From: Squalus acanthias
Taxonomy: Eukaryota
Direction: 5' to 3'
NCBI GenBank assembly: GCA_030390025.1
Contig: CM059432.1
Location: forward strand, 31,498,001-31,562,000
Length of the DNA stretch: 64,000 nucleotides
Each line of letters begins with the position of its first letter. Position 1 is the stretch's first letter. The notes below the pieces were generated by a model. That model saw nothing but the letters and a program-made list of their open reading frames with translations, was not told the DNA's origin and searched no databases. This document shows, one piece after another, positions 48,685 through 62,146 of the stretch. A program made the translations under genes and the position numbers.

Positions 48685-48987
48685 ACATAAGAATATAAGA
48701 ACGTAAGAAATAGGAGTAGGCTATTTGGCCCTTTGAGCCTGCTCCACCATTCAATATCATAGCTGATCTTCTATCTCAACTCCACCTTCCCGCACTATCC
48801 CCATATCCCTTGATTCCCTTAATATCCAAAAATCTATCGCTCTCTGTCTTGAATATACTCAACGACTGAGCCTCCACAGCCCTCTGGGGTAGAGAATTCC
48901 AAAGATTCACAACACTTTGAGTGAAGAAATTCCTCCTCATCTCAGTCCTAAATGGCCGATCCCTTATTCTGAGACTGTGACCCCAGT
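48685..48987 (-). mobile_element. CR1 3' fragment
   Basis: GHSLRIRDRPFRTEMRRNFFTQ; (aacataag)n tail. Confidence 0.88.
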
Positions 48988-49025
48988 ACAATGAAAACGT
49001 CGAATTTATTAGTGGCTGTAGTCTA

Positions 49026-49220
<195 letters not shown>

Positions 49221-49254
49221 TTAACAATTAAAGAGGAAAACAAAATCACTTTGT

Positions 49255-49620
49255 TCTTCCAATGGTTTAGTAGGTTAATGCAATGCCAGGTGTGGTAAGC
49301 CGTAGAAATCAAAAAGGTTGCAGGTGTAATCCCTGGTCTCTGCTGAGTTTGCTGATCTCATTCAGGGCCTTACAGATGGCTTAAACACACCTTGCACTAG
49401 TGAAGAGCAAAACAAAAAATTCAGTTCGGGTTTCCCATTGGTGACTAGTAGCCAGTGATCCTCGGCAATGTGTAGATGTTAGCCGAGTACACGATGTGGC
49501 TTGGCTGTGATGCCACCTGTCTTTGAATAGCCTGCTGACACTCACTGTCTTGACACACACATGAAGAATGGTCTCTTGGGCAAGGCATTGACAGGCTACT
49601 GGTGCAATATCTCAGTCTTC
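49255..49620 (+). mobile_element. Ancient tRNA-SINE (AmnSINE2-like); other copies at ~32700-33010(-), 41200-41560(-), 51380-51640(-), 52420-52830(-), 52865-53240(+), 62195-62560(+)
   Basis: Recurrent motifs ctgtgctgagttagctgatctc and gaatagcctgctgacactcactgtc...cacatgaagaatgg; family name is from memory. Confidence 0.65.
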
Positions 49621-50734
49621 AGGAAAGGAGGGCGGGGTGGAGGGAAAATCAGCAAAAAATTAACTACTTTGTGTGACGCCACCTCCCTAACCCAAGGCAT
49701 GTATCGAATAATCCAATTTCTAACACTAGTGACGTCAACAACGTTTTCCCTGGTTTCCTGTCCTTTACAGACATCTTTATTTTTGCGCAGGGAGATAACA
49801 GCAGATCAGTAAAATTGCAACAGGAATGTAATTTTATTTTGGGGGTGGGGTCAGCCTGGTGTCTGACATGTGCAGAAACAATTATACGCCAAGAGTCTCC
49901 AAACTCAGATACTGAGAAACCTATTAAGGTACAGTTTCTGTTTTCTCAACATGGTCTGCACCCTTATAGAACTCTTACCCATCTCCAGAGAGCTTAGGCG
50001 CAAGTTGCCAACAGCCAAGGATTGGGGACCCCTAAGTGTATGTAGGGTTGCTACTGGAGTTTAATTGGCTGAAACCTCACAGCTTACCATCACAGAGCGA
50101 TGCTAAGCTTCCTGCTGCTTGTCCAGCTGGAAACACTGTACCATTAGAGCAGTGGCTTGTGAGGCTATCAGGGGCTGATTGAGGAGAATCCCCAGCCTTC
50201 AATGACAATTCCACCCCTCCAGGTCTCATTAATAAGTCTTGCAGGTTGGTCAATCAGCAGCAGCACATGGTGTACTGCAGATATGTCCCGCTCAGGTATT
50301 GGATTACCAAGAGCAACAATGGGTGAACTCGGCTCCAATCTCCATGACCAAGCAGGTCATCTTGAAGCCAACTCAACCTCCCTGCTTACCTCTCCCTGGG
50401 GACAGTCACGAGTTAGTTATTAGAAACCTGGCAAACGCAGGTTTGAGCTTCCAGTCAGCAAATAGCAAATACCAGGAACTCTACACAAGTAGCATGATGA
50501 ACAGCACAACTCACCACAAAATATCTGAGTGCACTGCTACTATCCTCCTGACAACTGCATGGATACACATCATACCTCATTGAACACATTGTACTGAGCA
50601 TCAAGTTTATATCGCCCATGATAACTAACACAGCACCTGACAATTTCACTGATGCAATTGAACAGTTAGCCAATTTGCATATGTTGGAACAGAAAATGTG
50701 ACAATATATATTAGTTGATATTCTGTTATATTCA

Positions 50735-51333
50735 GCCCATCTGCTGCTGAAACCCTCATCCATGCTGTTATTACCCCAGACTCGACTATTCCAATGCTCT
50801 CCTGGCTGGCCTCCCATGTGCCACCCTCCATAAACTTGAGCTCATCCAAAACTTTGCTGCCTATATCCTAACTCGCATAAAATTCCATTCACCCATCACC
50901 CCTGTGCTCGCTGACCTACACTGACTCCCATCTAGCAACGCCTCGATTTAATAATTCTCATCCTTGTCCCTTCATGGCTTCGCCCCCCTCCCTATCTCTG
51001 TAATCTCCTCCAACCCTCTGAGAATGCTGAGTTCCTCCGACTCTGACATCTTGTGCACCCGCTCACTTCCTTTGCCCCACCATTGCCGGTTGTGCCTTCA
51101 GCCGTCTAGGCCCTAAGCTCTGGAATTCTCTCCCCAAACCTCTTCACCTCTTCAACTCTCTTTCCTCCTTTGATGCTGCTTAAAACCTACCTCCTTGACC
51201 AAGCATTTGGTCGCCTGTCTTAATATCTCCTTCTTTGGCTTAGTGTCAATATGTGTCTGATTACGCTCCTGTGAAGCGCCTTGTGATGTTTTACAATGTT
51301 AAAGGCGCTATATAAATGCAAGTTGTTGTTGTT
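50735..51333 (+). mobile_element. L2 3' fragment
   Basis: Homologous to 7460-8063; (gtt)n tail. Confidence 0.88.
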
Positions 51334-52634
51334 GTAAACCACTCTGCTTCTCCACCTCCCTCTCATCTCCAATGACTTTCCCTCCCCTCTCGTGAAGATG
51401 GTAAATCATGTGTTGGCACTGACTCAGTGTTGAAAGACTATTTGACCAATCCAGTCCTCACCTGATATGCAAGCTGACAAACTTTTCAACATTGTGTCAC
51501 TGGACAGTAAACAGGAGAGGAAATCCTAGATGGTATTTCCTATTGCCACGCAAAGGGGGGCTTAATCCAACAGTGGGGCCTTATACTACCACCCTGGCTG
51601 AGATTAGCTAACTCAGCAGAGACCAGAGATCAATGACACTGGGAATTCAAATCCTTTCTCCTTTTCCTCTATTATTTTCCAAGGTCTCTCCCAACATGCC
51701 TGTACTTTCTTAATGTTCCCACCAGGGGTTTATTTAGCCGTGTAGCATCATCGACATCTGAAAACCAAAATGATTGCTTTTTACACTGTAAAATCAGCGA
51801 CTTTACCATTACTGTAATTCCACAACCAACTGTCACTTTAGTTGAAGCAATGTGGGGATGGGGGTGGGAAGGAAGAAAGTTCTGGTTGCAAATGCATTCA
51901 AGAACAATGAAATTACGATGTATTTATGAAGTGCCTAAACATAGCAATTCTCCCACCCTAATGCCATGACAACGTAACCTCATCAACTGAACCAAATAAA
52001 AGAAAATGAACAATCCAAGAAGGAAAGGCGCTAGCAGCCACTAATGAAGTCCTAAACTGTAATTACATCCATCTGGGTCTTTTTTTTTTGTAAATTACAT
52101 ATGCGAACAATGAGGGACTGGAAAAGGCCCACTGGTCCAGCCAGCCGGTACACAGATTTTCTAAAATTATTTGTGTGTTAAATTCAGATATCTGTTGATC
52201 TTCGAGCGAGCGCTCCTCTATAAGGGGTTCTAAATTCTTCTGTAGATAATCATAGCAAAAAAAAATCATCTCGATGGCACAATGGGATTTCCTGTTTGGT
52301 ACTCGCATTGACATTTCACTAAATTTATCAAAAGGAGGAATTTCACCCCACAAGCCTTAGTGAAAGTTAAGTGTCCAATTCATTTTCTTTCAATTTTCCC
52401 CCCTCTCTTCCTTGGCTTTGGTTCCATAGCTACCGGCAGCCCACATAGTCAAACCTCATGTTTTGAGCCTTCACAGCCTGTGCTGGCGAACTGTTAGATA
52501 GTGGAGTGGGAAACAACCAAACTTGAACTTATCCTCATCTGATGGCCTTCACTCACACTTTCTACCATGGGTTCCTGGCTTGCAATGAGGAGTGGTAATG
52601 CATATTAAAATCGTCTATCAGCCTAGGGTGATAT

Positions 52635-52772
52635 GAATCACAGAATCACAGAATCCCCACAGTGCAGATAGAGGCCATTTCGGCCCATTGAGCCTGCACC
52701 GACACATATCCCACCCCATCCCCGTAACCCCACGTATTTAATCCCCCCTAACACTAAGGGTCAATTTATCAT
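52635..52772 (-). mobile_element. V-SINE (HE1-like) 3' fragment
   Basis: Reverse complement of 17115-17242. Confidence 0.85.
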
Positions 52773-53341
52773 ATGGTTAACTGCAACACTCTAACTGCCA
52801 CCCTGACAGAGATCAGGGGATCATACCTTAGAAAATAAGGTGGGGGGGCGGGGCGGGGGGTTGGACATCTTCCCAACGGCTCAGTTGAGGTAAATGCATT
52901 GCATGTTCTAGTACTGAGCTGTAGAGATCAGGACGGTTCCCAGGTTCATTTCCCATCTGTGCTGAATCAGTAGATGTGGCAATACAACGGGCCTCAGTCT
53001 TTGAGCTAAGAAGGGGGAGGAGGAAATAATCAGCCAGGATTCCTGCTTGCTAGCCAGCGACTCCTGTTTGTTCAATTGTGAACCTCAGCAAGGACAGGTT
53101 TGGGCTTGGTTGCAATGCAGGCCCTTAACTGGCTAACTTCCTGCTGAACATTACTGTTGAGGCGCTCACATGAAGGATGGGAGCTTGGACGAGGTACTGG
53201 AGGGCTGCCAATGTCCATAGAACAATATCCCAGCAAATATCAGCACCTTCTGTAGAGGAGGGGAAAAAATTGGTTTAAAAAGAAAATGCAGACACGTGAT
53301 AATAGATTAATTAAACGAAAAAACAAGTGGTCAATACTTAC

Positions 53342-53473
53342 TCCTGGCATATATTCTACAAAGATGGACAACTTTCTTTCCATTGTATCTCGTAGTGACC
53401 CATAATACTGCACTATCCTGTCGTGGTGTAGGTTCTTTAGTAACTGAATTTCACATTCCAAAGCATTGACTTC
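53342..53473 (-). CDS. MAP3K22: MAP3K kinase-domain exon ([44 protein letters not shown])
   Basis: Acceptor tttgcag|GAA, donor GGA|gtaagt; 132 nt, phase 0-0. Confidence 0.95.
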
Positions 53474-53727
53474 CTGCAAATATAATAAAAATAATGAAAC
53501 TACAACAATTTGTCAAGAACCAAGTTTTTCTTCCCTCACATTTACAATATTCAAGAAAACATCTAGGTCAACCCACTTTATATTAGCACACTATTATTCT
53601 ATTTGGGTAAAAGTGGCGGTTACAGTTTAAGTTACTGGCATATTTCCAGTTACTGTGCTGCGTGCATGTAAAAGAAGTATGTTTGCTGTATGAGTTTAGC
53701 CTGGTTCTACTACATGTGGTTGTGAGG

Positions 53728-54344
53728 CCATTGGGGAGACCAAACGCAGATTGGGTGATCACTTTGCGGAACACCTCCGTTCAGTCCGCAAGTATGACCC
53801 TGAGCTTCTGGTCGCTTGTCATTTTAATTATCTGCCCCACTCCCACTCTGACCTCGGCCTTCTACACTGCTCTAATGAAGTTCAACGGAAGCTCGAGAAC
53901 AGCACCTCATCTTTCGATTAAGCACTTTACAGCCTTCCGGACTCAACATTGAGTTGAACAGTTTCAGATCATAACCACCACTCCCATTTTTTGGGACAGC
54001 AGTTGCTGGTAGTAATTCTGCTTTTGTCATTTTCAGCTCCTCTAGACCCATCTTCTGTTTCTGTTATTGTCCCATTAACACCCCCTTTTGTCATTTAATC
54101 ACTCCTGCCTTCCTCCCTATCACAGACCTTGCCTCTTATTCTTTCCTCCCATCCCTCCTTTCACTGCCCCTGTGCTTGCTTAAAACCTGTTACATCTCCA
54201 ACTTATTCCAGTTCAGAGGAAAGGTCATCAACCTGAAACGTTAACTCTGTTTCTCGCTCAACAGATGCTGCCTGACCTGCTGAGTATTTCCAGCATTTTC
54301 GGTTTTTATTTCAGATTTCCAGCATCCGCAGTATTTTGTTTTTG
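53728..54344 (+). mobile_element. Penelope-like element, 3' fragment (GIY-YIG C-terminus + terminal repeat)
   Basis: IGETKRRLGDHFAEHLRSV...HLIFRLSTLQPSGLNIE; flanked by catgtggtt(g/a)tgagg at 53713-53727 and 54345-54359. Confidence 0.9.
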
Positions 54345-54364
54345 CATGTGGTTATGAGGGTTTT

Positions 54365-55873
54365 CATAGAATCATAGAATGGTTACAGCACAGAAGAAGG
54401 CCAGTCGACCTGTCGAGCCCATGCCTGCTCTCTGCAAGAGCACCTCAGCTAGTCCCACTCCCCCGCCCTTTCCCCATAGCCATGCAATTTCCTTTCTTTC
54501 AGGTACTTATCCAATTCCCTTTTGAAAGCCGTGATTGAGTCTGCCTCCACCACCCTTTCAGGGAGTGCATTCCAGATCCTAACCACTCGCTGCATACATT
54601 TTTTTTTTCTTATGTCGCCTTTGGTTCTTTTGCCAATCATCTTAAATCTGTGTCCTCTGGTTCTCAACTCCTCTGTCACTAGGAACAGTTTCTCTCTATC
54701 TACTCTGTCCAGACCCCTCATTATTTTGAACACCTCTATCAAATCTCCTCTCAATCTTCTTTGCTCTAAAGAAAACAACCCCAGCTTCTCCAGTCTATCC
54801 ACGTAACTGAAGTCCCTCGTCCCTGGAATTATTCTCGTAAATCTTTTTTGCACCCTTAAGGCCTTCACATCCTTCCTAAAGTGCGGTGCCCAGAATTGGA
54901 CACAATACTCTAGTTGAGGCCGAACCAGTGTTTCATACAGGCTCATCATAATTTCCACACTTTTGTACTCTATATACCTCTATTTATGAAGCCCAGGATC
55001 CCGTAAGCTTTTTTAACTGCTTTCTCAACCTGCCCTGCCACCATCAATGATTTGTGCACATATACCCTTAGGTTTCTCTGTTCATGCACCTCCTTTAGGA
55101 TTGTACCCTTTAGTTTATATTTCCTGTATCACTTCGCATTTTTCTGCGTTAAATTTCATCTGCCACGTGTCCGCCCATTCCACCAGCCTGTCTATGTCCT
55201 CTTGAAGTCTATCACTATCTTCCTCACTGTTCACTATACTTCCAAGTTTTGTGTCATCTGCAAATTTTGAAACTGTGCCCTGTACACCCACATCCAAGTC
55301 TTTAATATATATCAAGAAAGGCAGTGGTCCTAGAACTGACCCTTGGGGAACTCCACTGTATACGTTCCTCCAGTCCGAAAAACAACCGTTCACCACTACT
55401 CTCTGTTTCCTGTCACTTAGCCAATTTCGTATCCATGCTGCCACTGTCCCTTTTATTCCATGGGCTTCAACTTTGCTGGCAAGCCTATTATGTGGCCTTT
55501 TGGACATCCATGTACACCACGTCAACCGCATTGCCCTCATCAACCCTCTCTGTTACCTCATTAAAAAACTCGATCAAGTTGGTTAAACACGATATGCCTT
55601 TAACAAATCCATGCTGGCTTTCCTTAATTAATCCACACTTGTCCAAATGACTGTTAATTTTGTCCCTGATTATTGTTTTTAAAAGCTTCCCTACTACTGA
55701 GGTTAAACTGACTGGCCTATAATTGACGGGTTTATCTCTACCCCCTTTTTTGAACAAGGGTGTAATATTTGCCATTCTCCAGTCCTCTGGCACCACCCCC
55801 GTTTCTAATGAGGATTGGAAGATTATGGCAAGTGCCTCCGTGATTTCTTCCTTCACTTCGCTCAGCGTCCTAG
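54365..55873 (-). mobile_element. CR1 LINE, RT to 3' end
   Basis: NYRPVSLTSV, GVPQGSVLGP, KFADDTKL, RPQLEYC; (catagaat)n tail. Confidence 0.92.
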
Positions 55874-56751
55874 GTTTTGTCTGTAAAAGTTTCCTCTTAC
55901 TGGCTTCCAAACTACCTTCAGGCTTTGGATTATGTTGATGAGAAGGAGAATGTGGTATGAAGAACAGAGAAGTGATTCTGTATTTGACATCGAAGAGGTG
56001 CAGTTCTTTGTTGGGGAAACGGAAATCAACTCTCTCTAAAGTTAGCTGCATTTCACTATTTCCTGGAGGACATGTTCAATTTGGAGGTACCATCATTGAG
56101 ACCCACTTGATACTGCACAATGTAGGTTCTTTGGTAAATGAATTTCACATTAATAATGCATTGACTTCCCATAGGATGTGGGGGGATTTGTCTATTAGTT
56201 GCCGGAAAAACAAGATCTTGCCCTTACTTAGGAATTGGCCCAGCCTAGTGATGTCTTTCTCATAACAGTTTCTGAATCTACTCATGGCTAGTACACCTGG
56301 GAGATCTCTGTTGTACCAGATTGTGGAAGAGGACTGACGAGGAGTAGGCCTGTAACTAGCCCGATAGCATTGACACAGCTGTAGGTTGTTTTCAGGCCCC
56401 TTCTGGTCTTCTAAAGGCGGGGGAGGGAAGCTTTGGATGAATGTTTGAGCCAGAGAGTTGGCTTGGAGGCTGCATGCCTCCATATCTTGAGGTCTGTGGC
56501 AAGATTGTGTTCCCGCTTTCAATTCTTCTGAGGTAGGTTGTTCTTTAATAATATTAGAGGTTTGGTAGGCTGAATCCTACCTTGAGTTTGAAAGAAAGAC
56601 CTGCAATTAAATAGGGCCTTATCACACCTCTCAGAAATATATCAAAGCACCTCACATACAAAGAATAGATAAACATGGCAGCCATTTTTGGCACACAGCA
56701 AGGACCCACAGCAAGATGAATGACTAGCTACTTGATTCTTTTATTGATGAA

Positions 56752-58222
56752 GCTATTTAAGAAAGGTGAGAGAGGGAAACCAGGGAATTATAGACAAGTT
56801 AGCCTAACATCTGTTTGTTCAGGAAATTACTAGAGTCTGTAATTAAGGATATAGTGACTGAACATCATGAAAATTTTCAGCTGATTAGAGAGAGCTAGCA
56901 TCAATTTGTAAAGGGTAGGTCATGCCGGATGAACCTGATTGATTTTTTGAAGAAGTAACTAAAGTAGTGGACAGGGAAATGTCCATGGATGTTATTTATA
57001 TGGACTTCCAGAAGGCATTCAATAAAGTCCCTCCTGAGAGACTGTTAGCTAAAGTTGAAGCTTATGAAATTGATGGCAAATTATTGACCTGGTTAGGAGA
57101 TTAGCTGAGTAACAGGAGACAGAGAGTAGAGATAATGCGCAGGTACTCTAATTGGCAGGATGTGACTAGTGGCAACCCACAGGGATCTGTGATGGGGCCT
57201 GCAATTAAATAGGGCCTTATCACAACTCTCACTGAATTTATTAACTACTTACATGACAGGATAGAGAGCCACATATCCAAGTTTGCCGATGACACAAAGA
57301 TAGGTGGCATTGTAAGCAGTGTAGATGGAAGCATAACATTACAAAGAGATACTAATAGATTAAGTGATGGGCAAAACTGTGGCAAATGGATTTCAATGTA
57401 GGCAAGTCTGAGGTCATCCACTTTGGACTTAAAATGGATAGATCAGAGTACTTTCTAAATGATGAAAAGCTAGAAGCAGTGGAGGTCCAAAGAGACTTAG
57501 GGGTCATGTACATTGATCATTAAAATGTCATGGACAGGTACAAAAAATAATCAAGGCGGCTAATGAAATACTGGCCTTTATATCTATGGGACTAGAATAC
57601 AAGGGATTAGAAGTTATGCTGCAGCTATACAAAGCCCTGGTTAGACCACACCTGGAGTTCTGTGTTCAGTTCTGGGCACCACACCTAAAGAAGGATATAA
57701 GGAAGGATATACTTGCCTTAGAGGGAGTGCCACGAAGGTTCACTAGACTGATTCCTGGGAAAATGGGATGGCCCTATGAGGAGAGATTGAGGAGACTAGG
57801 CCTATATTACCTCGAGGTTAGAAGAATGAGAGGAGATCTCATTGAAACATATAAAATTCTTAAGGGGCTTGACAGGGTAGATGCTGGGAGGAACGCTGGC
57901 TATGGAGTCTAGAACTGGGGTCACAGTCTCAGAATAAGGGGTCGGCAATTTAGAACTGAGATGAGGAGAAATTTCTTCACTCAAAGCGTTGTGAATCTTT
58001 GAATTCTCTACCCCAGAGGTCTGTGGATGCTCAGTCGTTGAGTATATTCAAGACAGAGATTGATAGATTTTTGGATACTAAGAGAATCCAGGGATATGGG
58101 GATAGGATGGGAAAGTGGAGTTGAGGTGGAAGATCAGCCATGATCTTATTGAATTGTGGAGCAGGCTCAAAGGGCCGAATGGCCTACTCCTGCTCTATAT
58201 CTTATGTTCTTAAGATTCTATG
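56752..58222 (+). mobile_element. CR1 LINE, RT to 3' end (probably two fused copies)
   Basis: MDFQKAF, KFADDTK, RPHLEFC; tail cttatgttctt. Confidence 0.9.
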
Positions 58223-58537
58223 AATATTGAGCAGTGAGGAATACTGGTCAGTCACCTTCCATTATCCAAAGTGTCAATTTAACTCAATTGGTATCATTCT
58301 CACTGCTGAGTCAGAAAGTTGGGAGTTCAAGTCTCATATTAGACACAAGCACATAGACTAGACTGACACACTAGTGGATTAGAAAGTGCGGCACTGTTGG
58401 AGGTGCTGTCCTTGGGATGAGATGTTCAACCAAGACTTCATCTGCCTGTTCAGGTGGATGTTGAAAAAAATTCCATGGCAGTGTTCAAAGAAGGGTTCTT
58501 TCCATGCTCTGCCCAATATTCCTCCTTCAACCAGCAC

Positions 58538-59575
58538 TATAGGAACATAGGAACAGGAGTGGGCCATTTGGCCCCTCGAGCCTGATCCGCAATTCAATGA
58601 GATCATGGCTGATCTGTGACCTAACTCCATATACCCTCCTTTGCCCCATATCCCTTCATAACTTTGGTTAACAGAAATCTATTAGTCTCAGATTTAAAAT
58701 TAACAATCGGCCTGGCATCAACTGCCGTTTGCGGAAGAGAGTTCCAAACTTCTACCACCCTTAGCGTGTAGAAGTTTTTCCTAACTTCACTCCTGAAAGG
58801 CCTGGCTCTAATTTTTAGGCTATGTCACCTAGTCCTAGATTCCCCAAACAACGGAAATAGTTTCTCTCTATCTACCCTATCAGTTTCCCTTAATATCTTG
58901 AAAACTTTGATCAAATCACCCCTTAATCTACTAAATTCCAGGTAATACAACCCTTGTTTGTGTAATCTCTCCTCATAATTTAACCCTTGGAGTCCAGGTA
59001 TCATTCTAGTAAATCTAAGTTGCACTCCCTCTAAGGCAAGTATACCCTTCCTTAGGTAAGCAGACCAAAACTGTACACAGTACTCCAGGTGTGGTCTCAC
59101 CAAGGCCCTATATAATTGCAGTAAGACTTCTTTACTCTTATACTCCAATCCCTTTGTAATAAAGGCTAAAATACCATTTGCTTTCCTAATTGCTTGCTGT
59201 TAACTTTCTGTGATTCGTGTACAAGACACCCAGGTCCCTCTGAATACCAGCATTTCCCAGTCTCTCACCTTTCAAAAAATATTTTTCTTTTCTATTTTTC
59301 CTACCAAAGTGGATAACTTCACAGCACTGAAGGAGACCATTCGACCAACCGTGCCTGTGCCAGCTCTTTGAAAGAGCTATCCAATTCGTCCCACTACCCC
59401 GCTCTTTCCCCACAGCTTTGCGAATTTTTCCTTTTCAAATATATATCAAATTCCTTTTTTGAAAGTTACTATTGAATCTGCTTACACCACCTTTCAGGCA
59501 GTGCATTCCAGATCAACTTGCTATGTAAAAAAATTTCTCCTCATTTCCGCTGTTTCTTTTGCCAATTATCTTCAA
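58538..59575 (-). mobile_element. Two adjacent CR1 3' fragments
   Basis: RPHLEYCVQFW; tails near 58540 and 59320. Confidence 0.85.
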
Positions 59576-59849
59576 AGATTCTTCAAGATTTAAAATAAAT
59601 ATGAGTTCTGTCACAATCTGAATGCAAATTTTAAAATATAGTAGAGAGGTGGAATCTATTAATAAAATGTAATCCCCATAGCCTCACTGGTCAAAGGGAA
59701 AGTGAGCTATTTCCTGGAAAAAGTACAATTACGGAATATTTAATGCTGGCCACAGATTTTTTGCTTAACTGCCAGAAAAGTCTAATAAGAATCTAGAACT
59801 CGTGAGTCATGAACAGGTTGAGTCATACTTTTGGCTCAAAGTCACCAAC

Positions 59850-59998
59850 CTTGCTCGTCTCTTGGCTATCTGCATCAAAAGCCACTTGCTTGACTGCCAG
59901 TTCTCTGCCCGTGTCCGCGTCATAGCATAGGTAAACTTCTCCAAATGCTCCTCGTCCAAGGAACTTTCCTAGTCTCCAGTTGATGGGGGCGCGAGGTG
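59850..59998 (-). CDS. MAP3K22: MAP3K kinase-domain exon, subdomains I-II ([50 protein letters not shown])
   Basis: Translated by hand (absent from the ORF track). Acceptor ccaatag|CA, donor AAG|gttggt; 149 nt; Gly-rich loop and catalytic Lys (AVKQ). Confidence 0.95.
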
Positions 59999-60466
59999 CT
60001 ATTGGAAAAAAAGAAAATTTAAAATGCAGTGTCAGTGCACTCTTTCCAATTTGTGCTTCTTTGTTTAAACTTCAAAGAACATAAAATGATTAATATAGGA
60101 AAAGGCTATTAGGCCTTAATAAGACTAACCCTTTTAATATATCAACCCCACCCACATACTTTTTCAATATATTCCTTAAATCCTCTCCCTCCAGAAACAG
60201 AACTAATACTCTCTGGTAACTTACTCCACAATGTGTTAACCTTTATAATAATATATTAGTTTGAGTAGAAGATTTTAAAGTGTTGCCTTAACACAATAAA
60301 AAAAAGTTAAATTAAAGTCAGCCAGTCTGCAAACTGGAGTTTGTTATACCAACAGAAACTGTTGCATGCAAATTTATTTAAAACCATATGTTATAAATAT
60401 ATATGCATCACATCACCATATATATTATTTTTCACCATGGGAGAAAGAATTACTTTAGTAGCTATC

Positions 60467-60647
60467 GCCTCAATTTTAACTTAACACACACTGCGAAAAC
60501 AAGGCAGTTTCAGGTCAGCATCAAATTTACACCCACATGATTTAACGCTCCACTGAAGTGAACGAAACGTAAAATCATACGGGTGTAAATCAGACGTCTG
60601 ACTCAAACCCGCCCCGTTATCACGGTGGGTTATATTAAAATGGGGGC
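60467..60647. mobile_element. Old palindromic MITE (~180 bp)
   Basis: gcctcaattttaa / ttaaaatgggggc ends; inner inverted repeat atttacaccc...atgattt / aaatcat...gggtgtaaat. Confidence 0.6.
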
Positions 60648-61081
60648 TGTGTCAAGATTTTTTGCATGCATACATGAAGATTTACGGTGAAGATTGTAAA
60701 TACTTACTTTTACAATGTTGCACCACTCCGTGACCGTAGAAATTCTTCCCTTGCATACTCTCCCTCCAGAAACATTCTGGGTTTATTCCATCTATACCAC
60801 TTTGTGCACATCAGTGAGGTCCCGCCTTAATACCCCTACAGTAAGAATTCCTGTGGTCGTTGTGTGTAGCAACATTATAAATGTGTAGATTTCCTCTGTT
60901 CGTGACTTCTAGCAGAAAAAGCGAAACAGAGGGAACCTTCACCGTTTCTAAAGGTGCCACACTTAGTGATCAGAGAATTTTGAACCATCTTTTATTTAAG
61001 AATGTAGTCTGAGCTTCCCTAATCTTTCCTTGTAGCTCAGCCCTCATTTGCACTTGGGGGAAGTGCTATAGATTTACTTAC

Positions 61082-61273
61082 ATATTGAAGGCAAGTGCCT
61101 GTCATGAAGTTTCAGGCAAGTTTTGTCTTCGCTGCTCCACCGAACGGTTCGGCTCTCATCATACTGCAAGGTGCTCCCCATGCTGTCCCCGTTGGCACTG
61201 TGTGACCTACTGGAAGGAACGAGCTGGAAAAGATTTTCCTGATGGATGAAGCTCCGGGGGAAAGTTCTTCTCC
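61082..61273 (-). CDS. MAP3K22: MEKK2/3-family MAP3K exon (GRRTFPRSFIHQENLFQLVPSSRS...LPSI)
   Basis: Acceptor ttcattcag|GG and donor T|gtaagt; 192 nt, in frame with its neighbours. Resembles MEKK3 GRRTFPR...NLFTLVPSSRS. Confidence 0.92.
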
Positions 61274-61309
61274 CTGAATGAAAAATGATTAACAAAACAA
61301 AAATTATAC

Positions 61310-61660
61310 ATTTCACATATGCAAATATCACACAGCGCTTCACAACAAATTATTTGCTTTTGAAGTATAGTCATTGCTGTTATGTAGGCAAATGTGGTAG
61401 CCAATTTGCAAGCAAAAAAGGTCCTACAAAAGCAAATGGGTTAAATGAATGTTGGCCAGGATGAACTCCCTGCTCTTCTTCAAAGAGCACATAGGTTCTT
61501 TAAACTGCACATTTAGACATGGCCTCAGTTTACTGTCTCATCCAAAAGACAGCACCTCTAATAATGCAGCACTCCCTCACTAATGCACTGAATCATCAAC
61601 CTAGAATACATGCTGAAGTCAGGGCTTGAACCCACTCAGTGTTGAGAGCAGTACCACGAT
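61310..61660 (-). mobile_element. Deu-domain SINE
   Basis: Matches 47540-47999. Confidence 0.72.
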
Positions 61661-61860
61661 ATTTTTGTAATAATTAAGTGTATCAGCAATATGTAATGCC
61701 AGAAAAAAATCTGCTCCAGAACTAGTTCCAGATTCATGGACTACACCTGGATTTATAAGGCAGTCTTTACATAAAAAAGATCATCCCTAGCATTTAGAAA
61801 GGTGTAAACATAAACACAGAGTGGGAAACAAGAGGAAATATAGAAGGGGCAGAGGAAGAT

Positions 61861-62146
61861 TTTTTTTTATTCATTCATGGGATGTTGAGAAGGTGGTGGC
61901 TTGCTAGGCCATTTCCGAGGGCAGTTAAGAGTCAACACTGCTGTGGATCTGGAGTCACATATAGGCCAGACCAAATATGGATGGCAGTGAACCAGATGGG
62001 TTTTTACTAGCTTTTTATTCCTGATTTTTAAAATTTAATTAACTGAATTTAAATTCCCCAGCTGCCGTGGTGGGATTTGAACTCATGTCCCCGGATCATT
62101 AGTCCAGGCTTCTGGATTACTAGTCCAGTAATATAATCACTATGGG
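61861..62146 (-). mobile_element. SINE-like LINE-B derivative (tRNA head + 5' UTR + 3' tail)
   Basis: Minus strand: ...actggactagtaatccag...gagttcaaatcccaccac...ggcctagcaagccaccaccttctcaacatcccatgaatgaataaaa. Confidence 0.82.

Noticed and set aside
50060..50730. Possible endonuclease remnant (LVIMGDIN) on the minus strand
   Set aside because: Too degraded to assign; a single motif only.
55488..56051. 187-aa ORF as an RT fusion protein
   Set aside because: Chance read-through from flanking DNA into a truncated CR1.
56158..56170. EVNAL peptide matching the start of the kinase exon at 53473
   Set aside because: Only ~12 nt of identity, no splice acceptor and no further similarity; coincidence.
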